In this document: positions 11,201 through 22,600 of the stretch, piece by piece
How the letters are laid out: each line of letters starts with the position of its first letter
How positions within the stretch are numbered: the stretch's first letter is position 1
Assembly: GCF_000143415.4 (NCBI RefSeq)
Contig: NW_003314343.1
Coordinates: 496,813-560,812, forward strand
Length of the DNA stretch: 64,000 bases
Origin: Selaginella moellendorffii
Taxonomy: Eukaryota > Plantae > Lycopodiophyta
Direction: 5' to 3'
Position numbers and translations under genes: made by a program
The notes under the pieces: model-generated
Database searches by the model: none
Seen by the model: the letters and a program-made list of their open reading frames with translations, nothing else
Told to the model about the DNA's origin: nothing

Positions 11201-11640
11201 TGCCACGAGCTCCTGATGCTAGGTCATGGGATCAGTATTTGACAAGCATTCTTCCACTTGTCCGAGCAGAGTCTGCCGAACACTTAGGCCGCGTACAAGT
11301 GGGACAACAACGGCGCTACAACTCCCATCATCGTCCACCTGCGGAGTACAAAGTGGATGATTTGGTGTTAGTCCGTTTTCCCCATCTTACGGTACGTGGT
11401 TTATCTAAGGGGCTCCTTGCGCAGTGGAAAGGACCGTATCAGGTGTTGCGGCAAGTTGGACCGCAAGTTTATGAGGTTCGGCATGACGTTCAGCAAGCCG
11501 ATCCTCCGGAGATTGTGCATGTGCAGCGGTTAAAACGCTTCATACAAAGGGATCAGGAGCAGTTAATACCGTCTACAGATCCGCCGATGCCTCCTCCTGA
11601 CATTCCTCCAGATCCCAGCCCATCTACAAGAGAACCCTGA
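8155..11640 (+). CDS. pol: Pol polyprotein (aspartic protease, RT, RNase H, integrase), probably expressed as Gag-Pol
   Basis: VLVDTGSS and ILGMDWL (protease); FCIDYRPLN, YWQV, MPFGL and FIDD (RT); VDAS and KECLA (RNase H); HHCC, FDLMGP, SDNG, PQSDGLVER and WKGPY (integrase). No chromodomain; ends in a Pro-rich tail. Confidence 0.96.
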   Translation, partial: GKRRVARVMEGPCANKSVTPPSFFREYHQGVHSAPVHPVFTFQARFYNKRSPIILSVLVDTGSSLSSIARPATTRCRLHLRRAAEPVFILYGNGRTHACARDEVDLVVRVGDLELELQSLRVVPSQAFDLILGMDWLQRNHAKCDFEVFPPCLLPYVSSIPLTSIPLRPFTSTSASITFVPPLFPPVFPSCSAFPFSDPSDDLCVAAVDRLMKEYSDLFEFDLSSGAKIATRHPIPTGDARPIKVPVRRRSPKEIKILRANVKKMLEKGVIRKSRSPWACEPHLVTKPDGSIRFCIDYRPLNEVTIPDVYPLPHTADLLDRLGRSHWFTKLDLASGYWQVPMAEEDIPKTAFRTPFGLYEFLVMPFGLNNAPATFQRMMDEVLCDMPEVTADFIDDVLIHSEGTWEEHVRDVCKVLDRLREVGLKLKRSKCVFGSKDTTYLGYRISREGLQVDPDKLVAVLKFPTPKCVNDVQRFLGKVQYLGRFVDHLSDRTTPLQALLKSSTSSFIWSPDCERAFMDLKELLTTPPVLAYPDYTRPFILRVDASDIGLGGVLMQESSSVPGQRHPIAYISRTLQPAEMNYSTTEKECLAAVWGFKKLHAYLHGSRTLLEGDHAAVTSLLKQKNLVGRTARWALKLQIYNFDVVHRPGSSMADADALSRALLPSPLTSHVFDEPVVPASVDFLDEDSVPSAVAVLDVQCPQGAEQDLPSLDEVREAQKIEPWIRRLRDGFENPASLADDLPFRHLHSQYRLEDGLLYFVGTDPNDHLRLVVPSVFIPRFLHAYHDSPILGGHMGHRRVTEKLRRSFYWPEMRRDIIRYVRSCVWCQARNTPPRAAEGRLESIAVSRPFELVAFDLMGPFPRSTAGNEYVIIASDYLTRWVEVGALASASATAVGYFLLNRVVFQHFCPERILSDNGPTFMAEVFHVLTSRLGIRHTFTSAYHPQSDGLVERLVRTFKGMIAKYVNFQHSDWDGYLPSLRYAYVTGVQSSVGASPYKLLYGHDPILPTELGLPSRLPRAPDARSWDQYLTSILPLVRAESAEHLGRVQVGQQRRYNSHHRPPAEYKVDDLVLVRFPHLTVRGLSKGLLAQWKGPYQVLRQVGPQVYEVRHDVQQADPPEIVHVQRLKRFIQRDQEQLIPSTDPPMPPPDIPPDPSPSTREP

Positions 11641-11657
11641 CGGCCTTCCATTATTCC

Positions 11658-11672
11658 GAGAGGAGGGGATGA
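11658..11672 (+). promoter_or_regulatory. Polypurine tract
   Basis: GAGAGGAGGGGATGA immediately precedes the 3' LTR. Confidence 0.9.
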
Positions 11673-11846
11673 TGTGAGGGCCAAGTGTACGGCTACGATG
11701 CCGTATACTAATATTAGCGTAATGGATTTTGGTAGCCGTCGGATTGGTTTCAATCCGAACCACTCGCTCCTGTATATAAGCTAGGGTTTTTGGGCTAATT
11801 GATATGCACATTTCTGTATTCCCTTTCCATATTCCAGGCACTCACA
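11673..11846 (+). repeat. 3' LTR (174 bp)
   Basis: Identical to the 5' LTR except for two G/A substitutions. Confidence 0.97.
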
Positions 11847-13089
11847 CTGTGTATTACAAATACTTTATTTATATATTGGAGTTTTAAGATTTATATAGGT
11901 GCTTAATTTTTTTAATTAATACTAAGCTCCTTGAGCATGGTCTAAATGAATTTTAATCATAGTATCCAAGCTAAGAAATAATGGTTTTGTAGTCTCATGT
12001 ACAATCACCAGCAAACTCAGCCATGCCCTACAGGAACCCCAAGAGAGGTTGTTCTCATGCCCACACAATCCCTTGCAAGAGTTTTCCAAGAGCCTAAAAA
12101 AAATTGATAAGCAATGCAAGAGGGCCATAGACCCACAGTAGGCAACATTTTTTGTCACCTGCTGTCCATGGTTTATGCCCCAACAATTCTCCCCTAGCAC
12201 CTAGTCTCCACCCACAAATTCAAATGGTAAATACCCACTAGAGAACTAAGTGCCAGTAGTAGACTGGATCAATTAATTTCCCATGGCACTCCACTTGGTG
12301 CTCCATTGCTCCAGAATGCTAGCCATAGCACTCCACTACTAGTCCAGCCCTAGGGAAAGAAGTGAGAACTTCTGCAAAAAAGATGGTGCATAAGTCTAGC
12401 AAGGCAAACTCAACATGCCCATCCACAAATCCTAGAGCTCCTAGGCCTCCATCTTTGGTGCTAGATGGTTGCCAACCACCCCCGTGGCAGTGTTGGTCAC
12501 CTCCTCTCCTGCTTTTCCACAAACCATGAAGCTCTTGTGTCCATCTGCATGTGGAGGTTCCTCCTCCACATGGCTCAAATGTCATTGCCAGCCCTGCTGC
12601 TCAAGATCCCCTCTCCTTGTTGCTGCTGGTCAGTGGCTGGCTCCACTTCTCCACAAACCCTGGAGCTCATGGGCATCCATCTATGCCCCTCCTCTCCTGC
12701 TTCCCCTGGAACCTTCATGGCTGGGAGGAGCTGCAGTAAAAAGAGAGTTTTTATCTCTCCTAGGCCATGCAAACAGACAGGTGTAACTCATACCTCCTCC
12801 CCTGGCCCAGGCGGCCACTCTAAACCTCACAAAAATATTTTGGAAGGACGTGTGATATTTATTGGGTATTACCAGATTTGGCAGCCCACAAAGTTTGGCA
12901 ATTAATAGTAGATTTAATAATACTTAATTCCTAAATATTTAAACAATTGTTCTTTATTTTAGTTAAGTTTTGAGTCTTGCCCAAGGATTTAGGGTTTATA
13001 CTAGGCAGGCAGTGTCACTGTGGTGGGAGCACCACACTGGTGTCTCCAGTCGGCAATCACATCTCTATCTCTGTCACAGAGCTGGACGC

Positions 13090-13450
13090 TGCCTGTGGAG
13101 AATGGCAACGATGTGTCTAAGCTCCAGATTTAGCCCTGATGGATTGCTCTTTGCAGTTGCCATGGGCAGGCTGCTCCAGGTATGGAGGACGGCCGGGTGC
13201 CTCAAGGAGTTCATGGCGTTCCAGCTACTCCACACTTTCTCCAGCAGCCACAACACGATCGCTTGCCTTGATTTGAGCCCCAATGGCAATTGGATCATCT
13301 GTGGTTGCAAGGACTTCACGGTGAAGATTTTCACGCTCCAAAGCAATGCAGTTGTGCCTCTGTGCACTGCAACGTTATCAATGGCATCTTCTTCACTGAG
13401 AGTATTGAGGGCGGGATCTTTGCTTATAGTTTCTCCACACTGTGTCACTG
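13090..13450 (+). pseudogene. PWP2: PWP2 (periodic tryptophan protein 2, WD40) pseudogene, 5' part
   Basis: SRFSPDGLLFAVAMGRLLQVWRT..KEFMAFQLLHTF..LDLSPNGNWIICGCKD; the similarity then degenerates. Confidence 0.7.
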
Positions 13451-13739
13451 GTGTTCCACCCAGCTCAAGAGCTTCCAGCTCCCGTGCCCAATGGTGGTGG
13501 CAATCAAGGAAAGTCAGGGAAGATGTAGCATCGCAAGGTATTTTGCTTGGATCACTAGTGACTCCTCAGTTTCACACATTCACCAATCAGCTCTCGAGGG
13601 GGGACTTGGAAGAATCCGATGGCCTTGTTTGAAAGGAGGAGAGGAAGCTACCTGTTCTACATCCCAATAAAGGCAAGTGGGAGCTCGACTTGTTCCACCA
13701 ACATGGAAGGCTCTTGTCATGTGACTACCACACGACGAA

Positions 13740-14810
13740 TGTGGTTAGGACTCGATTCACTTACATCTTTTTTATGGTTAGCCAACTCCAGTATAAAGAT
13801 GTTTTGCCATGCCTTCAATGATTCATAGTGAATGTAGAATTTGAATCATTGAAGTGGTATAATACAAAGGATGCCAAAGATGTTTTCACAACAATTCTCA
13901 ATGATTAATTTTGGAAGAATGCTTCTACTTTATTGGTTATGATAGTTCTTATTTTGAAGGTGTTACATTTTGCTAATCGTGAGGGCGCAACAGCAGGATT
14001 AATTTATGAAGTAATGTGTCATATGATTGAAGGATTGGAGTTTGCAACTCATGATGGCAAGTTTGATGTGGATAAAATTGATGTAATTAAATGTGTCTTG
14101 GTTGAAAACTAACTTAGATGAAAAGCTCAATGGTTTATGATGCATAGCTATCTATATACAGAATACTGCACATGTTTTGAATCCTTCATACCTTGAGCAA
14201 GACTTGAATCTTAAGGTAATAAGTGATTGAATTAATTATTTATCACTTTATTATGGTGGGGACACTTATTTGGAAGAGAAGTTGGATAAACAATTCAATA
14301 TGTTTCAACGAGGAATTGGAAAAGTTATTAATTGGGATTTGCCGAAAAGCAAAGAAAAAAGGAAATTTCTAGTGTTTTGGTGGGAGTCTTATGGATATGA
14401 AATGCCCGAGCTTAGGAAGTTAGCATTTCATGTGTTGAGCCAAGGAATCTACTCTTTTCCACATGAGCAAAATTGGAGTAGTTGGAATTTGATCCAAACC
14501 AAACGATGCAATTGTTGAACTTAAAAAAGTTGGTTTATGTGTATAATAATACTAAAGTGGTAGATCGTGTTGAAAGTAAATGAATGAAATTCCTAGAGAT
14601 TAATTTTAACACAATTGTGTAAGCTCCTAAATTTGGACAAATTGCAATCGAACAACAATAGATGAAGATTGTAGAAATGTAAGCTAATCTTGAATCTCTT
14701 GGTATAAAGGATTTAGCAGAAGAAAATCTTTTAAATAAGGATGTAATTGTTGAAAAAGATGTTAGAGATGTCAAAGAAGTTGCCAAAAATGTTGAAAAAG
14801 ATGAATAATA
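13740..14810 (+). mobile_element. Decayed hAT transposase remnant
   Basis: RTRFTYIF, FWKNAS..LKVLHFANRE..GLIYE, and the dimerisation-domain motif WWESYGYEMPELRKLAFHVLSQ..EQNWS..KKLVYVYNN. Contains multiple stops and is AT-rich. Confidence 0.8.
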
Positions 14811-14929
14811 GTTGGTTTGGTTTGGTCTAATGCTTTGATTTTCCTACTTTTATTAGTTTGGTTTTACTAAAAAGAAATTTTTAATCAAAAAAAATTTGTA
14901 AACTGTTCAGTCGTTAGACACTTTCGACA

Positions 14930-16420
14930 GCCATGGTCAGTTGGTCAGCCAGTTGCTATTCAGAACAATCAGGACCAACTTTGGCCTCAATATCATGGTT
15001 GCCAGGTTCTCATCTGGAGTGCTTGGCATCTGCCAAATGCCCAACTTTACATGCATACATCTGCTATCCAGATCACTTTCTTCTTTGGCAGTTGCTTATG
15101 CCTTTCTCGTGTGTTACAGTTGTGGAATATTGTGTCTAGATAGCACACAAATGCAGTGACTGCAGTGTTGTTCTTGAGCGGAAGTAATGCCATGAAGAGT
15201 GCATCTCTCGGTGGTACTGTACGTGCATGGGATCTGATGCGCTATCGAAACTTCAAGACCTTCACCACGCCAGCACCCACGCAGTTTGTGTCATTGGCTG
15301 CAGACCAAAGTGGAGAGATCATCTGTGCTGGAACACACATTCCAGGTATCTTGTCGCTTTCTACTCACTTTCATTTTCCTCGATTCATTTCAAGCTTTAC
15401 TGCTCTTGCTAGATATATGTTTGGTCCATGAAAACAGCGCGGCTTGTGGACGTCCTCAATGGTCACAAGGGACCAGTTCATGGTATGGCCTCCTCTCCTA
15501 CAGATGTGCGTACTCCTACACGACAATCCATTCCACTTTCTAACACGTCTTGCCAGCAGTTCTTGGCTTCCTCATCATGGGACAAAACCGTGCGCCTGTG
15601 GGATGTGTTTGAGGGGTTGAAACCTTCACTCATGACATGATCACCGTGGTTTACAGCCCGGACGGAAAGCAACTGGCCTGCTCAACACTTGGTGGTCAGA
15701 TCCACTTCTGGGACCCGATTGACGGAGGCAGGCGTGACGTTGCAGGAGGGTCCTGTAGGTCTGATCGATGACTATGACAGGCCGGTGTCGATGGTCAAGT
15801 TAGAGGCAAGTTGGCGCAGGGACTACCAGGGGCACAGACCAACGCAGCGAGGCCAATTATATGCACCAAGTGCCTCAGGATATCTCCAACTGGCAGGTCT
15901 TTGGCAGCTGCCTACACGGAAGGCCTCTACTCAATGGACAACCTTGTTTTTGATCCCACTGATCTCGATGTGGATGTCACACCGGGGGTACGATTGGTCT
16001 TTACGGGCTCACTGGATGTGAAGCTTGTTGTTGCCTTCTGTGTAGGCAATCAATGATGTGCTGGAAAGCAAGCGTTATTCACGAGCACTGATGCTGGCAC
16101 TCCGGTTGAACAAGCCGCTGCTGATTCAGAAATGCGTGGAGGCCGTTGTGATCAGTGGTGTTGTCTGCAACGTTTCACTTTCGTACCTTGGAGATGAACT
16201 TGCACAGTGCCTGGAGAAGACACCTCATTTGGAGTTCTTACTGGTATGTATCAAGTTGGAAGGAAACATGTACTAAGTTGGCTTTGTTACAGGAGCTTTG
16301 CATTGGCAGAACAATCCAGTCGAAGAACAGGGAGCTCATGCCCGCTCTCAAGTCCCTATCTTGCAGCAACAACCACCTCCTAAAACGACTACCTTCTCCA
16401 TTACCTGTGCTCGGCCCCAA
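14930..16420 (+). pseudogene. PWP2: PWP2 pseudogene, 3' part (unprocessed; deletions and frameshifts)
   Basis: SASLGGTVRAWDLMRYRNFKTFTTPAPTQFVSLAADQSGEIICAG, LNGHKGPVHG, LASSSWDKTVRLWDVF, FDPTDLDVDVTP, RALMLALRLN and PHLEF. Some introns are retained and the frame is broken repeatedly. Confidence 0.85.
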
Positions 16421-16617
16421 CTAAGAGCAAGAGCGTGGAACAAAGCTCGGACTTGTATGATAACGGACGCGCCGCTCGGGCTTGAGAACTCAGGTGAACT
16501 TATTTTTTCTTTATTTGAATGTGAACCAAACAATTTCACGTAGGTGATCAGAACGGAGGTGGGATCCTTGCTGAGCTCCTCCGTGCCTTGGAAAAGGAAT
16601 GACAACAGCAATAAGTC

Positions 16618-19600
16618 TTACAGTAGTGCTGCTTTAATTTGCTCCTTGAGTGCTTGCCTGGCAGCAGGATCCATCTGACACGAGCAAGACGAAGAGGAGA
16701 TCAGAGCTGCACAGCTAAACGGTAGACAAAACTTACCTTATCAACAAGGTTCCGTATAACTTGCGGCAGCACCTCGAGATCGTCGTTTCGATTTTGACAA
16801 TCACTGAGCATCTGCCTCGAAACTTTCTGCACTCTGAGCTGCTGGAGCTCCCGTTGGATCCTGGACTCGTTGCTGGCCAGCCACTCCACAACCAGAGTAT
16901 CGTCGGCCCAACCATCCCCATCGCCGGTGCTGCTGCTGCTCCACGTCAAGAACCACTGCCTCAACAGCTCCAGCGCGTCCCGGTGACTACACTCGCTTCC
17001 AGCAGCCGCTAGCACACGTTGTATCACGGATTCTTGGGCCAGCCTCCTCGCCAACCTGTTGTAGAAGAAAGACCTCGAGCACTCCCAGTCCACCACCCGC
17101 CGGATGATCCCTTTGGCGGCCAGCCGGAAGGCCGTGTCGTGCATATCAATGAAGCGGAGGGCGATCTGCTTGTACACTGGAATCAGGCTGTCCTGGCGAG
17201 CTCTCACCGCTGCTGGATCCTCGAGTCGTGGCAGTACTGGATCCAAGCGCTTCATGGAGTCGAGGATTTGCTCCCTCCGGAACTTTATCTCGGCTACTCC
17301 CTCGGCCTCGAGCACCCCGGCTCTAGCCGTGCTGTCGGCGTACATCTCGACTTGGTCCGGATTGATCTTACTGTCCACCACCACCCAGGCCCCGCCTCGA
17401 AGCTCGCCATTCCGAGGCACGTAGACGAACACCGGTTGCTGGTACGTGCGGAGGTGCTCCACGATGGTGGATCCGGCTTGCAAAACTCCCTCAAAGAGAT
17501 CTCTTTGGCCACCCGAGAAGCCTCTCCAGTTGGCCAGGATGAAGAGCGGGAGCCCCTCGTTGTTGAAGTCGATCATGGCTTGGGCCGTCTTGGAGGCCGA
17601 GTCCGGGAACCAGACCTGTCCGGCTTGCGGCACCACTCTCTCCTGCGAGTCGAGCTGTCCGGGGTCCGCAGGGATCACTTGCATGACCGTCTGCGTCTCC
17701 ACCGCGATGATCCCAACTGGTATCCCCCCGAGCCGAGCACGCCCTGTCACTACCGTCCGAGCCCACCCCTCGAGCGTCTCGGTGAAGCTGCCTTTGTCGA
17801 AGATACCGCCCATCCAGCCGCCGCCACCCTCGGAGTTGTAAACTCCGGCCACCGCGGCACGAGGATCGCAGCTGTTCTCCGGGACGTAGGCCACTGTCCT
17901 GTCCGGGGGATCGTCGCTGGGCCGAGACGGAAGCCCGCCACCTTTGACGCTGGGGACGTAGCTCAGCCAGTTGAGGATGGCGGACACTCCTTCGAGATCA
18001 TCGCTCACAGTCAGATGCGTGACGCCGTTCGTCGCCATCACCTTGGGTCCCCCGAGCTGCATTTGCGAGCTGTACACTTCTCGTCCAAGGAGCTTGTTGA
18101 GCGCCGAGTAGCCCGTGAGGATGATCGGCTGGTCCAACCGCTGGATGCACCGCATTCCCAGACGAGCAAGGTAGGCACCGATGCCGACCGTCTTGCCGGA
18201 GACGTACGTCAAGGTGAAGGTCTCCCTGTATGCCTTGGAGTAGGCGCTGGCGATGGCACCGCTCCCCGAGAGGTTCTCCACGCCGAGCCCGTCCTTCTGC
18301 CCGATGATATCGTCGATCACCCAGCGCACCTGTCCGTCCGCCACCTCCAGCTTGTGAGAGTTCACGAAGGCGCCGAGCTTGGCGTAGTCGTCCGGCCGGA
18401 GGTAGAGGTAGTGGAAGCCGTGCTCCGGGCGAGAGTCGTCCAGCCACCCGACCTGGAAGCTCCTCCTCACTTCCTCGGCTACGTCGATCCGGGCACCCGA
18501 GTTGGCGGCCAGGTAGACGAGAGGGAGCTTCTCCCGGCACGCCATGTCCGTGACGCACTTGAAGAAGGCGTCCTCCTTGGGGCCGAAGGAGCCAGCGGCA
18601 TGCGTTACGTCGTTGGAAACCACGATAAGGTGGCGGCCCTGAGGGTACTCTGGAGTGCACAGCTCCAGACGCCACGCTACCATTCCAATGTCGTTGCTGG
18701 CGCTGGGCCGGTTCGTCTCCACCAGGGTGGCGTCCCACGACTGGTTTGCCGTGGGAAACACGAGCTCGGTTGCGCAGAACGCTGTGGTGTCCTTGGGCAG
18801 CTCCATCCCGGACTCCTTCCAGCACTGCTTGAGCGCAGCCTCGAACACCTGGTTTGACACAAGCTCGTTCGTCGCTCAGCTAGAAACACGCACAACTTAC
18901 CAGAGGGAAGTCGTAGCAAAAGGTGGTGCCGTTCTTCCTGGCCAGCAGCCGTCTAGAGTCAAGAGCTTCCAGCGGCTTGCACTGCTTGGACAACGGGACT
19001 CCATGGAGCGGCCCCTCACAACCTGGAAACGGCGAGCTATAGACGGTCTGCTTCGTGAGAGGATCGCGCACCTCCCTGTAGATCTGCGAGCACACAAAGA
19101 AAGAAGAGATGTAGAGCTGTGAATCAAAGACACAAGAGGAGCAAAGAAAGACTTTTACCTCAACCTTGCAAGTGTAACCAGTAGCGTTAGACACCACCAC
19201 TCTCCAGATGCCTTCGCCACCCAAAGACATCCGGAGCTCCCATGCAAGCACGGCTAGGCGGTACATGCGTGTTCCAAGAGCAGCGTAGATCTTGTGTACC
19301 AGCGCCTCGAGCCACACCACGATTGACGAGGCCAGGCTTCTCACTCCCTGCGGCCTCAGCACGCAAAGGTACATATGGACGTGCTCAGCTCTTCCTTCTG
19401 CGACTTCCAGCTCTTCCAGAGCGCCTTGGAGCGCCTTGATCACGCTCTCAAAAGTGCCATCCTCGTCCAGCGTCTTTGTTTGCCTCACGAAAGTCCGTAG
19501 AAACGTGCGCTTCACCGTCGACTTTCCCTTCTTCTCCTGGACAGAGTAAAGATGCCATTGCCTGTCCCGTGACAGTGAGTACTTCATCGTTCCAAGCTCC

Positions 19601-22600
19601 TTCAAGTTGTCCTGCAATAACGAAGGAAAGTGTTGCTCCGGGGTGACGAGGGAGGATTGATTCTATACATACCAGCTCAAGGAAACCAGAGAGAGGTGCC
19701 TCGACGTGACGGTAGAGCGGGTCTTCTGCATACGATTTCGTCTCCTGAGACCAGTGAAAGCAGTGGCGGATTGGACCCCTGCCTTCGTCTCTTTGGATGA
19801 TGCAGCTCACAACTCCAACTCCGGCAGCTTGCAGCAATCCTCGCAAGGTCTCACCCTTGAGTCCCTTGGCGAGCTTCTCGACTCTTTCTTGCGTCTGGCC
19901 CTCATCACCACTGCAAAATGTTAAGTGTGTCACACCACAGGCACAAAAGCTCCTTCATGTACCTGTCTTGATGAGCACTCATCTGGTTCTTCCTCCCGAC
20001 GAGAGCAATATGGAGCACGTTGCCAAGGCGGGTATGGTTAGAGTCCTTGGTCTCCTGCGTGACACCAAACCACTCTTCAAGCGCAGTCCGAACAGTAGAC
20101 GAGAGTGTGTTCAAGGACGAGAGGACCGCCATGGCCCCGCGCCATTTGACTGGTTCACTTTCTTCTGCCGCTGTTGCCACCCGGAGAGGCCCTTCCTCGT
20201 AGAATTGCCACGAGGCTAGCATCGCCGAGCGCTGCCATTGCATCCGGACTGAACCTTTCACTAGATATGGCTGCGAGGCCCGACAAGTTTGTCAAGAACA
20301 CAAACAGAGAACAAGGAACGATAAGTACCTGATACAGCCTTCGGATGTAAGTCTCGATAACGCGCCTTTGCAACGTGTGATCGCCATGGTCACCGTGATC
20401 AAACAACGCCACAAGAGCATCTTCCACAGCAACCGGTGCGTCAACCCAGTATTCCATTCTCTCGTCGATAGCACTCTTGCCAGATCGCTTTGAGCCGTTT
20501 TCGTCCTCCGTAAACATTCCCAGCTCTGATAGACTTCGCGCAATATCTGCTCGAATTCCGCTCAACTTAGATTGTTCCAGAAGAAGGCTCGACTTTACCG
20601 CCAGCTGCATTACCACCACGTTACTACACACAACCAAGGAGGAGTTTACGTACCTCCGTGTAGTTTGAGTCACTCAAGGCCGCCAAACGCACAAGTTGGT
20701 CTCTGTATGCGGAGGGGTTAGGATACACGAGAGCTTCGATAAGGCGTAACATTAAGGCGTTCTTAGTCTTGATACCCTGTGTTCTCCAGTTACTTAGCGT
20801 TCTTAGTTCTTAGGAGGAAAAACATTACCTGATGAGAGAGCACAATATCGACAACCTTCCAGAGGTCTTTCTTGTGAACGTGTCGAAGGCTTTCGATGAC
20901 GTCCGCCTGCAAAGCAAAGAATTTGGAGCTCGTGATTCAAAAAAGAGCGAAGCTCGATACACACCTGTGTACCGGTGCCTTGGCTGAAATGCTCCTCGAC
21001 GAGCAAATACTCCTCAAAGAGTGCTTTTACGATGCTGCAGGCGTGACCCCGGCGCCCCCCCTCGTATGACTTGGCTAGCGTTAACAAGGGCTCCACAAGC
21101 CTTTCTTGTGTCGCCCTGTCTTGATCGGTTGCGGAGGCAAGGAATTCCTACAAAGAAGGGTGGCTTTCGTAAAAAAACAACGTAAGAACTCACCTCTAAA
21201 ACTTCCCGCACTCCCTTGGCAGGAAAGTCTGCAGCTCCTCGCTCGCTACCAGACGAGGCTTCGTACTCTTTCAGCTTCAGATCCAGCTGTGTAGAACACA
21301 GTAAGCTGCGTGCTCGTTCAAATGAAAAACCCACACTGTACCCGAGCTTTCAAGTTGGTCGGGATTCGGCTTGCGAGTACTGCAATGCATTCTTGCCACT
21401 GAAGAACGGGCAGCTGAGGATCGTCCAAGCAACTGAGAAGAGTCTGCACAACCTACAACCCACACAAAAAAGTCTCGTAAAGCTTAAGCCAAATGGACTA
21501 AGTACTGATCAGCTTACCTCGTCCACGTTGTGTTCGTAACCGGCGAGTATCATGTTCGAGGCATTAATGATCAAGGCACAGCGATGATGAACCTTTCCAG
21601 GGACCGGTATTGGAGTTCCAAGTGCCGGAAATCCTTCCGAAAATGGAACTGCTTTTCTCACAGCAGAAGGATCATCCAAGTCGAGCACCGCAATCAAATC
21701 GCCGGCCTGCACGGACAGAACCACACAAAGCAAGATAACAAACACTAAACCGACGGTAGCACGTACCACCATTGCTTGTGCTTCCAAATGCTTGAAGTGG
21801 ATTGTGCCGGAAGCCGGTGAAAGAAGAGGCATGCACATTTTCATAACTTCCACCTCGGCATAGGGTGTGTCGGTGTCAACATGGCTACCGTCAGCCACTA
21901 GAAAGCGCATTAGCTTGCACGGGGTCTCCGCTATCAGTCGCGACGGATCATGATCGTTCTGCACAAACAAACACAGCTTCAGCAAAAACAAAGAAAGAAA
22001 CCAGGGGAAGAAACTCTCACCTGTAACAAGCATGTACGTCCATCAATAAGTAGCCTCGTTCCAGCGGCTTCCTCCTCTCCATAGACAACATGGCTGTTCC
22101 CATCCAGCTGATGGATGATCCAATGAGCAATAACAAGCAGCGGTAACAAAGCACAAACCTGGACAAGTAGACCTCCGTCTCGCAGCGTGTGGACCTCGGC
22201 CTCCACTCGAGAATTATTCATATTTAATCTGTACGTCCCGGGGCCACCTTTTGTTAATTCCATCTGTGCACACACACGCACACACACGCACACACACAGT
22301 CACGCAGTGAGAGAGCGAATTGATAACAAGAGAAGATGGTTGCCGTTTACCGTGTATTTGCTGCCATCGATGTTGAGCGACGTACGAAAATTGACGAGAG
22401 AAATGTTCTGTTGAGACGAACTAGCGAAAGGATTAGTAAAGAAGAACCGCAAGCATTGCTTACCTTCGGTGGGATTTGTCCTTTCTCAAGGTAGCCTATG
22501 TACTCGGACACTCGTGCTGCACAAAGTCTTGATGTTCTCTGGCACATAAACGCACAGATAAGGTGTTATGCTTTTCAAAGCAAGGAGAACTTACGTAAAT

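Larger units (their letters stand above)
6850..11846 (+). mobile_element. Full-length Ty3/gypsy LTR retrotransposon, non-chromovirus, apparently intact
   Basis: Two 174-bp TG...CA LTRs with 2 mismatches, a 4-bp TSD CTGT (6846-6849 and 11847-11850), PBS, PPT, and uninterrupted gag and PR-RT-RH-INT ORFs in gypsy order. Confidence 0.98.

Noticed and set aside
11900-12900. Possible hAT (DUF659-like) remnant on the minus strand
   Set aside because: Only a faint QQVTKNVAYC resemblance; too degraded to support.
17019-18857. 612-aa ORF antisense to the ACC1 carboxyltransferase exon (similar cases opposite DUF868 and the DUF26 kinase)
   Set aside because: Expected shadow of GC-rich codon usage, with no recognisable domain.
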